DNA of 49,564 nt from a virus (IMGVR_UViG_3300046786_000524:1-49564); one strand, 5' to 3'. Shown: positions 38,889 through 48,057, counted from the first letter of the stretch. Notes: generated by a model not told the origin, from the sequence alone. Numbers and translations are program-made.

Positions 38889-40213
38889 ATGTCAAGCGCC
38901 TGTTTTCTGTATTGTTTTTTTGGCTCAGGGGCAGGCGGGAAGTATTCGGATCCCGGCTGAAAACGCATGTACCCAAAATACTGATCCAGCCAGAAGCTGC
39001 CCTTTTGGGAGTGCCGCGACGCTTCGCATATCAGTTCTGTTTTGCCTTCGTCGACGGTATGCAGGAAGAAGATCGCATCGGCGTCTTGCTCGATCTGACC
39101 GGAACCACGCAGGTCGGAGAGCTTGGGGCGGGCGTCAGTGCGGATCTCGATTGAGCGGTTCATTTGAGCAAGAGCAAGGACGGGAACATTCAGTTCCTTC
39201 GCCATACGCTTGAGCCCAGTGGACACCGAACCAATGCGAAGCGCGTCCGTTTCGCCGGAGGCGTTGACCAGCTGGAGATAATCGACGACGACAAAATCAA
39301 GCGGGCCCTTTGCTGCCATTGCCCGGCAACGCGCGCGGATGTCGGCAATAGTCACGTCACTGCCGTCGTCAATGAAGAACGGCAGGCCTTGAGTTTTTGC
39401 GACGTAATCGTTGAGTCGTGACCACTGAAAATCCTCAAGCTTTTTAGGATCTTTGATCAGGTGAAACGGGATGTTCGCGGCATTGGACGCCATCCGATTG
39501 ATCAGCTGGAAGGACGGCATTTCAAGCGAGAAGACGGCGACGGCTTTGCCCTGGTTAAGAACGGCTTGAGCGATGTTCAGCGCAAGAATCGTTTTGCCTT
39601 GCTTGGGGCGGCCGGCAAACACCAGCAGTTCCCCGCCGTGCATGCCGCCAGTGGCGTCGTCAATATCGGGAAATCCAGTAGACAACCCGGTAAGCCCTGA
39701 CTCTGAATTGAACACGCGGTCAAGCTGGTCATACCAATCACGCAGCGATTGCTTTGCAGCTTTCAGCCCTCGATCGGTTTTAACCTTGATAAGATCCAGA
39801 ACGGATTGCTGCGCCCTGGCGATCTTTTCGGATACGTTCATTGACGGGTCGTGGCATGACTGGCAGACGGTACGACCAGCCGCATCAAGTTTCCGCAGCG
39901 TTGCATACTCTTCGACGCGGGCCGCGTAGTGGGTAACGTTTGCCGCTGACGGGGTGTTTCTCATGACCTCAGCCAGCCAAACAGTCCAGTCGCCGGCTGG
40001 GGCAACGGTTTCAAGCCGGTCTGAGACGGCAAGGAAGTCCACTGCAGGCGTTTCTGAGGCCATACCCTGTAGGGTGGCATAGGCTTGCCGTGCGCGAAGG
40101 CTGTGAAGCGAATCCTCAGCCATCACAGCGGCGACGTCAGCGCACTGGCCAGGGTCTGTCAGCAAACCACCCAATACCGCAAGCTCAAGATCGTGGTTAA
40201 ACAATTCGCTCAT
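38885..40213 (-). CDS. dnaB: replicative DNA helicase DnaB-like
   Basis: GRPKQGKT, FSLEM, VVVDYLQL, LAQMNR, DLRGSGQIEQDAD. Confidence 0.93.
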   Translation of the reverse strand: MSELFNHDLELAVLGGLLTDPGQCADVAAVMAEDSLHSLRARQAYATLQGMASETPAVDFLAVSDRLETVAPAGDWTVWLAEVMRNTPSAANVTHYAARVEEYATLRKLDAAGRTVCQSCHDPSMNVSEKIARAQQSVLDLIKVKTDRGLKAAKQSLRDWYDQLDRVFNSESGLTGLSTGFPDIDDATGGMHGGELLVFAGRPKQGKTILALNIAQAVLNQGKAVAVFSLEMPSFQLINRMASNAANIPFHLIKDPKKLEDFQWSRLNDYVAKTQGLPFFIDDGSDVTIADIRARCRAMAAKGPLDFVVVDYLQLVNASGETDALRIGSVSTGLKRMAKELNVPVLALAQMNRSIEIRTDARPKLSDLRGSGQIEQDADAIFFLHTVDEGKTELICEASRHSQKGSFWLDQYFGYMRFQPGSEYFPPAPEPKKQYRKQALDI

Positions 40214-40219
40214 CGGTTA

Positions 40220-40948
40220 TCACTCCACGACCTTGAGAAAATTATCTTCACGCAGAAGGAAATCGAAATTCGCTCCCTCCCAAAATCCGTCTTTGTACTG
40301 GCGCCCGTTCATCCACGCCTCGTTGTGAGTCGCCAGCTTGAAATACTTGCCCCACCATTCGAGGTTTTTGGTTTCTGTCCCCAAATCCCAAATCTTCTTG
40401 ATCAGGCGCTTGCGCTTGTCGTTGCGAACTCTCACCAGCGGTCTGTTGAACGGCAAGGCAACGACCTCGTTGTACAAGTCAAAAATCTGGTCATACGGAA
40501 TCGCTGATGCTTTGGGTCTTATCGGAGTGACATTGGGTGGCGAAGGGGGCTCGTTGTCGTCTGCGTCAGCAGATGACAAATCTTTTTCTGTCTCTGTCTC
40601 TGTCTCTGTCTCTGGCATAGCATCTTGATAGCGGTCTGCTAGCGCATTGCTAGCATCTTGTACCACTTCAAAGAAACCGTTTAAAATCAACTCTTTAATG
40701 GTTGCCCTAATCGTCAGCTCATCAGAACGGAATCGCCAAGCCAGTTTTTTCTCGTCGACGGTGATAAGCCCCTCTGGATGCTCACTTGCAAGCAGCCAGT
40801 AGCACGGTGCTAGCGCTTTGCTAGCAAGCTGCAAAGCATGAAACTCATAGTTATCAAGCAGCGACTTATGGAGCTTGATCCAAGGCGGATTTCTATCCTT
40901 GTAATGTTGGAACTCGTTCCAGTTTTTGGGCTTGATAACCATGCTCAT
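40220..40948 (-). CDS. phage replication initiator (O-like)
   Basis: NWNEFQHYKDRNPPWIKLH N-terminus, ETETETE linker, ANFDFLLR…KVVE C-terminus; upstream of DnaB. Confidence 0.8.
   Translation of the reverse strand: MSMVIKPKNWNEFQHYKDRNPPWIKLHKSLLDNYEFHALQLASKALAPCYWLLASEHPEGLITVDEKKLAWRFRSDELTIRATIKELILNGFFEVVQDASNALADRYQDAMPETETETETEKDLSSADADDNEPPSPPNVTPIRPKASAIPYDQIFDLYNEVVALPFNRPLVRVRNDKRKRLIKKIWDLGTETKNLEWWGKYFKLATHNEAWMNGRQYKDGFWEGANFDFLLREDNFLKVVE
40615..40840. repeat. iteron-like repeats (likely replication origin) inside the initiator gene
   Basis: 11-bp periodic units GGCATAGCATC/TTGATAGCGGT/CTGCTAGCGCA/TTGCTAGCATC near 40615-40660 and GTGCTAGCGCT/TTGCTAGCAAG near 40807-40828. Confidence 0.55.
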
Positions 40949-41160
40949 CAGTCGGCCTCACTGGTTACGCGCTCATCCCAAATGGAATCATCAGCAACAA
41001 GGCGGGCCAACTCAGATGCAACCGCTTCCGCTTGACGCCGAGACAAAACGCAAATGACCTCGTTGCCATCCTCGTCGTACTGCAGGATGGAAATCCGATT
41101 TTCCTGATTGATGAAAATCTTTGTTTCGCGTGTCGATGGAAGGAAAAACATCCCTAACAC
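40948..41160 (-). CDS. hypothetical protein
   Basis: 70-aa ORF, TGATG-coupled to the initiator. Confidence 0.55.
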   Translation of the reverse strand: MLGMFFLPSTRETKIFINQENRISILQYDEDGNEVICVLSRRQAEAVASELARLVADDSIWDERVTSEAD

Positions 41161-41201
41161 CCCTCATAAAATCCCAAAGAAAAACGTCTACAATCAGAAA
41201 G

Positions 41202-41396
41202 TCAGGCTGCCGACTTCACTGTGGTAGGCGGGTCTTCAGCCTTCAGTTTTCCGTTTGTCAGTTTTTCAATTTGGATCTGACGCAGATGCGGGATGCCGTG
41301 TTTTTTCCATTTGTTGATCGCGCCAGGAGTAACGCCGCACTCGCGTGCCAGCGCTCGATAGGTGCGAAAATGGTCTTTTGCTTCTGCAAGAGTCAT
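41202..41396 (-). CDS. cro: Cro-like HTH regulator
   Basis: ALARECGVTPGAINKWKKHGIP…IEKLTNGKLKA; first gene of the divergent operon. Confidence 0.75.
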   Translation of the reverse strand: MTLAEAKDHFRTYRALARECGVTPGAINKWKKHGIPHLRQIQIEKLTNGKLKAEDPPTTVKSAA

Positions 41397-41404
41397 GAGA
41401 GATA

Positions 41405-41609
41405 TACCTAGTTGTGTACCTAGGTATATTCTTGCTTAAACTTTGGTGTATGGCAAGCAGGGATTGCAACTTTCAAAATTTACCAAGGTAAACATCAGGC
41501 ATACACAAGCCATATATCTAGGTATATTTTTTTGTGCACAACAGTTGACTAAAGTCGATACGAACATTAACCTAGGTATATGTCGCCGCATACCTAGGTA
41601 TCTGGCGAC
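41405..41609. promoter_or_regulatory. divergent control region with about six TACCTAGGTA palindromic operators
   Basis: Copies at 41405, 41417, 41481, 41515, 41569 and 41591; + strand promoter TTGACT(41545)-17 nt-TAACCT(41568) overlaps one operator. Confidence 0.7.
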
Positions 41610-41637
41610 TTCTTGAAAAACATCAGGGAGATCACCA

Positions 41638-41799
41638 ATGGTAACCCCACATCCATCGATCAAGAAGATGCCAGTCGTTCGCCTGCGCAGCAGCTACAAA
41701 GCCGTGTGGGTAGATGATCGCAATGAGCGTCTGCAAGCCGAAATCAAAACCGGGATCCGCAATGGTAACGCCATCGTTATCAAGGCCGGTGCGAAATGA
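41638..41799 (+). CDS. small basic early protein (53 aa)
   Basis: GGGAG RBS, ATG 41638, ATGA overlap with the next gene. Confidence 0.55.
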   Translation: MVTPHPSIKKMPVVRLRSSYKAVWVDDRNERLQAEIKTGIRNGNAIVIKAGAK

Positions 41800-42113
41800 A
41801 TCATTCAATCTGGCCAAAATTGCTTGTGAATTTGGACCTCAAACTTGATCGCGAATACAAACATGATGACGCAGACAGCTGCTTTCGCGCAGCAAACCGC
41901 ATCAGCACTCGCAGCAAATTCGTCAATCGCAAATTCATTCTCGCCAACTTTTGCAGGCCGGCCGCAATCGCAGCAAAACGCGACGAAATGCAGCAAATCG
42001 TTCGCGAAATAAAACGCATGAAATCAGGCGAATGTCCAACGTTGACAGCAGCATTGGCCGCTGATCTCACGCGCGTCAAAAAAGAAATCAAAGCGCTGGA
42101 AGCAGCGCAATGA
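41796..42113 (+). CDS. hypothetical protein
   Basis: 105-aa coupled ORF. Confidence 0.6.
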   Translation: MNHSIWPKLLVNLDLKLDREYKHDDADSCFRAANRISTRSKFVNRKFILANFCRPAAIAAKRDEMQQIVREIKRMKSGECPTLTAALAADLTRVKKEIKALEAAQ

Positions 42114-42331
42114 TCAACATTGACTACCACGCAAACAGCGGAATCGTTTCGCTGCAGGTCGATCTCGATTGCAATGCGCCGCAAATTTTCATCGGTGACC
42201 AAAACATTGGCGAGCTGATCCACAGTCACAATTTTTGGGAAATCGTCAGGCAAGCCGAAAAGATCGCAAAACAGGACGCCGATGACGAGCGCGGCGAATA
42301 CCTACACACAATGGGATACGGAAAACAATGA
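42110..42331 (+). CDS. hypothetical protein
   Basis: 73-aa coupled ORF. Confidence 0.6.
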   Translation: MINIDYHANSGIVSLQVDLDCNAPQIFIGDQNIGELIHSHNFWEIVRQAEKIAKQDADDERGEYLHTMGYGKQ

Positions 42332-43122
42332 CCTCAATAGTCGCGATCCGCGCATCAAGCCTGGCCGAGCTTTTCGATTGCCCTGCCAGATGGGAAGCAA
42401 AAAACCTGCTTGGAATGAGAATGCCGAGCAGCGGCGCCGCAACGCTGGGCACGGCCGTGCATGCTGGTACCGCAGTGTTTGATCAGTCCGTCATTGACGG
42501 ATCCGGGATCAGCATTGACGAAGCGGCCAGCGCAGTCGTAGATGCCATCTACAAGCCCGAGCAGGATGTTGCATGGGATGAAGACATGCAGCCCAAAACC
42601 GCCGAAAAGATCGCCCTGGCACTGCATACCAAATACTGCAGCGAAATTGCCCCAAAGCAGAATTATGTCGGCGTCGAAATCACATGCGAACGACTTGAAA
42701 TAACTGACCTTGGCATTGCGCTTACCGGCACAACCGACAGGATCCGCAAAACCGCAGAAGGCCTTGGCGTGTCGGATCTTAAAACCGGTGGCCGCGCGGT
42801 CGGATCCGATGGCCGCGCAGTGACATCAGGTCACGGCCCGCAATTGGGCGTTTATGAGTTGCTTGCAGAGCGATCCATTGGCCAGCCAATCACCGCGCCC
42901 GCTGAAATCATTGGCATGCAGACCGCCAAAACGACGCAGAAGGTCGGCACCGGCCAAATCAAAAACGCCAAAGCTGCATTGCTTGGCGATTCAGAATCTC
43001 CCGGATTGCTTGAGCATGCGGCCGGGATCATCCACGCAGGACGCTTTTACGGAAACTCGAAGTCAACGCTGTGCAGTGCACGCTACTGCCCCCGTTTTTC
43101 CACCTGTAAATTTAAAGGTTAA
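42328..43122 (+). CDS. PD-(D/E)XK (RecB/RecE-like) exonuclease
   Basis: DCPARW, LGTAVH, GTTDRI, DLKTG, QLGVY and a C-terminal Cys cluster; next to RecT. Confidence 0.8.
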   Translation: MTSIVAIRASSLAELFDCPARWEAKNLLGMRMPSSGAATLGTAVHAGTAVFDQSVIDGSGISIDEAASAVVDAIYKPEQDVAWDEDMQPKTAEKIALALHTKYCSEIAPKQNYVGVEITCERLEITDLGIALTGTTDRIRKTAEGLGVSDLKTGGRAVGSDGRAVTSGHGPQLGVYELLAERSIGQPITAPAEIIGMQTAKTTQKVGTGQIKNAKAALLGDSESPGLLEHAAGIIHAGRFYGNSKSTLCSARYCPRFSTCKFKG

Positions 43123-43126
43123 TCAC

Positions 43127-44197
43127 ATGAGCCAAGCCACAAACATCGCAGACCTGAAACGCACCAGCACCATGATCGCAAAAGATGCCGGTATCGGAAG
43201 CGTTAAAAAGTTTTTCGAGTCGCAGAAAGCAACCATGGCGGCAGTTCTGCCGAAACACATGGACGCCGAGCGCATGCTGAAACTCGCCCTGGGCGCGCTG
43301 CGTACCACGCCAAAGCTGATGCAGTGCCGCACAGATTCTCTCTTTGGTGCCATTGTGCAGTGTGCGCAATTGGGCCTTGAGCCAAACACCCCGCTTGGTC
43401 ATGCCTATCTGCTGCCGTTCGAGAACCGCCAGAAGGGCATTACAGAGGTGCAAATTATCCTTGGATATAAAGGCCTGATTGATCTTGCGCGCCGCTCAGG
43501 GCAGATCGTCAGCATATCAGCGCACGAGGTTTGTCAGAAAGACCACTTTGAATATGAGTACGGTCTTGATGAAAAGCTTGTTCATCGCCCCGCCCTTGGC
43601 GATCGCGGTCAAGTCATTGCCTTCTACGCAGCCGCAAAGCTTGTCGGTGGCGGGTATGCATTCGAGGTTATGAGCGCCAAGCAGATCGAAGAGATCCGCG
43701 ACGCAAGCCAGAACTACAAATTTGCAAAGGACAAAACCAAGACCGTTTGGGGTCAGCACTTTGTCGAGATGGGCCGCAAAACGGTACTGCGCCGCCTCTT
43801 TAAGTACCTGCCCGTATCAATCGAATTGGCAACCGCTTCCGCCCTTGATGACAGATCGTCACGCGGAGAAAGCCAAGGCCTGGATGAGGCATTGAATGGC
43901 GATTTCAGCGTCATCGACTCGGACGCAGAGCGTTACCAGGACGATAACGAAACTGTCGATACCAGCACAGGAGAGGTTACCCGCAACGAACCCAATGCCC
44001 TTGGCCTTGGCCTGCAGGACGCAATTGCAGCTGCGCGCCAGGGCGACATCGACACGGCCATGGACATCAGTCGCGGCCTGAACGAGCGCGATCGCCAAGA
44101 GCTTGAGCGGCATTTGCCTCTTGAACAAGCAGAAGCACCCGCAGAACCGCAACGCGCACCGGCACCACGCCAGCGCCAAGCCCGCAACCTCGACTGA
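43127..44197 (+). CDS. recT: RecT single-strand annealing recombinase
   Basis: AQLGLEPNTPLGHAYLLPF, GYKGLIDLARRSG, EMGRKTVLRRLFKYLP. Confidence 0.92.
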   Translation: MSQATNIADLKRTSTMIAKDAGIGSVKKFFESQKATMAAVLPKHMDAERMLKLALGALRTTPKLMQCRTDSLFGAIVQCAQLGLEPNTPLGHAYLLPFENRQKGITEVQIILGYKGLIDLARRSGQIVSISAHEVCQKDHFEYEYGLDEKLVHRPALGDRGQVIAFYAAAKLVGGGYAFEVMSAKQIEEIRDASQNYKFAKDKTKTVWGQHFVEMGRKTVLRRLFKYLPVSIELATASALDDRSSRGESQGLDEALNGDFSVIDSDAERYQDDNETVDTSTGEVTRNEPNALGLGLQDAIAAARQGDIDTAMDISRGLNERDRQELERHLPLEQAEAPAEPQRAPAPRQRQARNLD

Positions 44198-44240
44198 ACC
44201 ACGGGGCGGTGAAAGCCGCCCTATTTGGAGCGACTGAACA

Positions 44241-46109
44241 ATGAAAATTTCAAGAATCGAACTCACCAACTTTCAGGGGCTGCGCAGTGCGCGGCTACAG
44301 CTCACCAAGCCCGTGCTGATGGCTACTGGCGCCAACGGTGCCGGCAAGTCATCGCTGCTTGAAGGGATCCGCCTGGCGCTGCTTGGCAACCCCGAGCGTG
44401 TAGGCCTGAAAAAGGAATTGAGCAAGCTTGTCACCGAAGGCGCCAAGCGCGGTGGCGTAGACGTCATCACCGAGAACCAGCTGCACTTTGCCTACACACT
44501 GCCAGACGGCAAGCACACAGCGCCGGCAGAGCTCGGCAACCATATCGGCTTTGTGCTTGATGCCCAGAACTTTGCGCGGGCAACGCCTGATGTCAGACGC
44601 GCAACTTTATTTGCGCTGACCGGATGCAAGGTAGACGCCGCCGAGGTGACAAAGCGCCTGATCCAGCGCGGCGCAACGCAGGAACGCATTGACCTTGTGC
44701 TGCCAATGCTGCGCTCAGGATTCCCAGCCGCCGAGGGCTTTGCCAAAGAGCAGGCCACCCAAGCCAGAGGCGCCTGGCGCGCAGTGACTGGCGAAACCTA
44801 CGGCGAGAAGAAGGCAGATGGATGGAAGCCTGAAGCCATAGCATGCCCAGACCAGCAGGAAATGGCTGACCTGAATGACGCCGTGATTGCGCTATCGCAA
44901 GAGAAAGACCGGGCGCAAGAAACGCTGGGCCGGGCACGGCAGATCTCAGAGAGTATTGCCTCCGATCGCGATGCGCTTGCAAAGGCAATAGAGAAGGCGA
45001 ACCAGCTGCCACGTCACAAGCAAAAGCTTGCCGTCGACCAGGCAGAACTCGACAAGTGGGAGGCGAAGGTTGCAGAAGCCAAGGCCGCATACGTGCAGAC
45101 AAAGCCAGCCGCCCGCCCTACGGCCAAACTCGACAACGCAATGCTCGACGCCTTTGCGGTTGTAGCAAGTGAATGGCTGGATCTGGTCAGCAAGTCACAA
45201 GGCGTGGTCAATAACTTCAACGTTTGCGAAAACTGGGATCAGCATGCAGGCCTGATCAATCGCACCACCGCCCACGTGTCGACCTACAAAGCCCAGCACG
45301 GCGAACCGCTGACACAAGACGACAGCGACACGCCTGACGTTGCAGCTCCCAACGCGGCCGCACTGGAAGCGTCACGGAACATGTTTGCCCGAGCAGTAGC
45401 GAACGACTTGCGGGACATCGTTGCCGCTGAAGCCGCAGAAGAACAGGCCCAAAAACTTACTGACAAAATCAACGAAGTAAAAGAGATCCGGGTATCCGAC
45501 TTCGTGGAAGCGGTCAACGCAGCGACCGAAAAGCTGAAGGCCGCCGAGGCACGACTTGATGCGCTGAAGGATGCAGCCTACGCATTCACCACCGCACAAA
45601 CCAAAGAGGCAGACGCAGCCAGGCACCACGCCGACGTTGCCGGATGGCTTCTGATCGCTGACGCATTGTCACCCAGCGGGATCCCCGCCGAGATCCTGGC
45701 CGGCGCCCTTCGCCCCGCCAATGACGCATTGCACCAGGCCGCATCATTCGTTGACTGGCCGCGCGTGCAGATCAGCACCGACATGGAGATCACCGCAGCT
45801 GGACGGCCTTACGCCCTGCTCAGCGAGTCGGAGAAGTGGCGCGCTGACTGCCTGCTTGCCCTGACCATTGCAAAGCTGTCAGGCCTCAAGCTGATCGTTC
45901 TGGATCGCTTTGATGTGCTCGACATGCAAGGCCGGAATGATCTGATCGATCTACTGGATGACGCAGCCACCAGCTGCGATATCGAAACCGCCATTGTCGC
46001 CGGCACGCTGAAAACAGCGCCGACCGGCATGCCTGAAACCTTTGATGTCGCGTGGATCGAAAACGGCGAGATCAACAATCTGAAACTCGACGGAGAGCAA
46101 GCAGCATGA
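44241..46109 (+). CDS. Rad50/SbcC-like coiled-coil ABC ATPase
   Basis: Walker A GANGAGKS, long coiled coil, LSESE signature, IVLDRFD Walker B region. Confidence 0.8.
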   Translation: MKISRIELTNFQGLRSARLQLTKPVLMATGANGAGKSSLLEGIRLALLGNPERVGLKKELSKLVTEGAKRGGVDVITENQLHFAYTLPDGKHTAPAELGNHIGFVLDAQNFARATPDVRRATLFALTGCKVDAAEVTKRLIQRGATQERIDLVLPMLRSGFPAAEGFAKEQATQARGAWRAVTGETYGEKKADGWKPEAIACPDQQEMADLNDAVIALSQEKDRAQETLGRARQISESIASDRDALAKAIEKANQLPRHKQKLAVDQAELDKWEAKVAEAKAAYVQTKPAARPTAKLDNAMLDAFAVVASEWLDLVSKSQGVVNNFNVCENWDQHAGLINRTTAHVSTYKAQHGEPLTQDDSDTPDVAAPNAAALEASRNMFARAVANDLRDIVAAEAAEEQAQKLTDKINEVKEIRVSDFVEAVNAATEKLKAAEARLDALKDAAYAFTTAQTKEADAARHHADVAGWLLIADALSPSGIPAEILAGALRPANDALHQAASFVDWPRVQISTDMEITAAGRPYALLSESEKWRADCLLALTIAKLSGLKLIVLDRFDVLDMQGRNDLIDLLDDAATSCDIETAIVAGTLKTAPTGMPETFDVAWIENGEINNLKLDGEQAA

Positions 46110-46160
46110 GCGTCATCATATTCCGGCGACGGCTACGGCTACGGCGACGGCTCCGGCTAA
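46106..46160 (+). pseudogene. collapsed Gly-X (GDGYGYGDGSG) repeat gene
   Basis: TCC GGC GAC GGC TAC GGC TAC GGC GAC GGC TCC GGC TAA (46122-46160) is out of frame with the coupled ATG at 46106. Confidence 0.5.
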
Positions 46161-46221
46161 TAACGATTGATTTAATCGCCCGCCCGAGCGCATCGGGCAC
46201 CAACAAACTCAAGGGGTATTT

Positions 46222-46527
46222 ATGGGGCATGATGTAATTGGCTTTAAGCAAGCGCCAACCGACGAAAACGGAGAGACAAACAAAGAAATAGCATCGTTTT
46301 ATCGTGGTGCATTCAACAAACTGGGCAGAGAAATATACCGCGCGCTTGAGTGCGTTGAGATGGATTGCGGAGTGTCTGGGTGTGGTGGCTATTTGGAGTT
46401 TTCGCACGATCAGCTAAAAGCGGCTCACGATAGGCTTGCGGAACATTTGCAGCCCGAGCGTGATTTTTTGGCGGCGCTGATTGACTACACCAAAGATGGC
46501 AAGCCGTGTTTTATTGCGTTCTGGTAA
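46222..46527 (+). CDS. hypothetical protein
   Basis: 101 aa with AAGGGG RBS; last gene before the cassette array. Confidence 0.7.
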   Translation: MGHDVIGFKQAPTDENGETNKEIASFYRGAFNKLGREIYRALECVEMDCGVSGCGGYLEFSHDQLKAAHDRLAEHLQPERDFLAALIDYTKDGKPCFIAFW

Positions 46528-46589
46528 ACGCTTGCCCGTGCGTAACGGGCACCCTTTCGCATGTGCGTTGTGAGAGCGCACAGCCGAAA

Positions 46590-46645
46590 GAGTAACCCCA
46601 AGTTCAGCGGCCCGCCTGCGGGTCCGCTGCAACGCCCGGTTAGGC
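46590..46645 (-). mobile_element. attC-like site 1 (array-terminal)
   Basis: Minus strand GCCTAAC CGGGC GTTGCAGC GGACCCGCAGGCGGGCC GCTGAAC TTGGG GTTACTC. Confidence 0.8.
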
Positions 46646-46745
46646 CATGCCACCGACACCGCCCGATGTGGGCACCACACCAAGCTGGGCCGCCAGGCCG
46701 AGCGTTTGATTCAGAGGCTCACGGAGTGGGCCGGATAGGAGCGAT

Positions 46746-47252
46746 ATGAAGATTGCAGTGAGCGAGGAAAAAAAGGTACTTGACGCATGCTGCGGCAGCC
46801 GCATGTTTTGGTTCGACCGGAAGGACGCGCGTGCCGTGTTTGTGGACAAGCGCCGGGAGCGCCACACACTGCCAGACGTCTCGAGCAAGGGCGGCTCGCG
46901 CGATCTGGTGATTGACCCAGACCACCAAGCCGACTTCACCGCGCTGCCATTTGCCGATCAGACATTCGCCCTTGTCGTGTTTGACCCGCCTCACTTCGAG
47001 CGCAACGGCGCCACTGGCTGGGTCGGGCTGAAGTACGGAACGCTGAAGGGCGACTGGCGCGGGATGTTAAGGGCCGGATTTGCCGAGTGTTTCCGGGTGC
47101 TCAAGCCAGATGGCACGCTGATATTCAAGTGGTGCGAAGACGAGATTCCCGTGTCGCAGATTTTGGCATTGACGCCGGAGAAGCCACTGATCGGACACCG
47201 CAGCGGGAAGCAGCAGAAAACGCACTGGATCGCGTTCCTGAAAGGGGCCTAA
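46746..47252 (+). CDS. SAM-dependent methyltransferase (cassette A)
   Basis: VLDACCGSRMFW, VVFDPPH, ECFRVLKPDGTLIFKW; the stop TAA lies in the attC core. Confidence 0.85.
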   Translation: MKIAVSEEKKVLDACCGSRMFWFDRKDARAVFVDKRRERHTLPDVSSKGGSRDLVIDPDHQADFTALPFADQTFALVVFDPPHFERNGATGWVGLKYGTLKGDWRGMLRAGFAECFRVLKPDGTLIFKWCEDEIPVSQILALTPEKPLIGHRSGKQQKTHWIAFLKGA

Positions 47253-47302
47253 CCAGACAGCTAAGCGGCGGCGTAGCCGTCCGCTTGAGCGCCCGGTTAG
47301 GC
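47247..47302 (-). mobile_element. attC-like site 2
   Basis: Minus strand GCCTAAC CGGGC GCTCAAGC GGACGGCTACGCCGCC GCTTAGC TGTCTG GTTAGGC. Confidence 0.88.
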
Positions 47303-47326
47303 GGCACACGATAGAAAGGAATTGAG

Positions 47327-47998
47327 ATGGCAGAGAAAGTGGTGATCGGGAACGCGGAACTTTGGCACGGAGACTGCCGCGAGGTGCTGCCGCTGCTGCC
47401 TAAGCATGACCTACTGCTGACGGACCCGCCCTACGGGATTGGCACTGGCGCTGCATCTGTTGGAAGTGGCGGGAAGCTGTGGGGCGCACAGGATTGGGAT
47501 TTAGTCATTGCCAACGATGCGGTGCAGATGGCGCTTTCAAAAGCTGGCGCGGCGATTGTTTGGGGTGGGAATTACTACCCGCTGCCGCCTTCTCGGTGCT
47601 GGCTGCTGTGGGACAAAAAGCAATCGGACGCTTGGTATTCAACGGCGCACTTTGAGATGGCCTGGACAAACATGAACAAGAACGCCCACGCATTCCGAAT
47701 GTCGCAAGTAGAGGCGCATACAGGGATGAACAAAGAACACCCATCACAAAAGCCGCTGCGGCTGATGGCCTGGTGTTTGGACCAAGCTGGCAAGCCCGCC
47801 ACGGTGCTGGACCCGTTCATGGGGTCGGGTAGCACTGGCGTGGCGTGCGTGCAGCTTGGCAAGGCGTTCACCGGCATCGAGCGCGAGCGCAAGTATTTCG
47901 ATATTGCGTGCGAGCGCATAGCCCGAGCCCAAGCGCAAGGCCAGTTGCTGCCGCCTGAACCAGTGGCCGCGCCTGAACAACAGACGATGGAACTGTGA
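47327..47998 (+). CDS. beta-class amino (N6-A/N4-C) DNA methyltransferase (cassette B)
   Basis: HGDCRE, TDPPYG, HPSQKP, LDPFMGSGSTG. Confidence 0.9.
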   Translation: MAEKVVIGNAELWHGDCREVLPLLPKHDLLLTDPPYGIGTGAASVGSGGKLWGAQDWDLVIANDAVQMALSKAGAAIVWGGNYYPLPPSRCWLLWDKKQSDAWYSTAHFEMAWTNMNKNAHAFRMSQVEAHTGMNKEHPSQKPLRLMAWCLDQAGKPATVLDPFMGSGSTGVACVQLGKAFTGIERERKYFDIACERIARAQAQGQLLPPEPVAAPEQQTMEL

Positions 47999-47999
47999 C

Positions 48000-48057
48000 G
48001 CCTAACGCCTGAATTAACCGGCGCCGTCAGGCGTCCGGGTTGAATGAAAGGTTAGAA
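48000..48057 (-). mobile_element. attC-like site 3
   Basis: Minus strand TTCTAAC CTTTC ATTCAACC CGGACGCCTGACGGCGCC GGTTAAT TCAGGC GTTAGGC. Confidence 0.88.

Noticed and set aside
40588-40614. TCTCTG tandem repeat as a contingency locus
   Set aside because: It encodes the ETETETE linker common in phage replication initiators; in-frame and unremarkable.
42328-43122. Cas4 / CRISPR adaptation gene
   Set aside because: No cas1/cas2 or array; the position next to RecT fits a phage recombination exonuclease.
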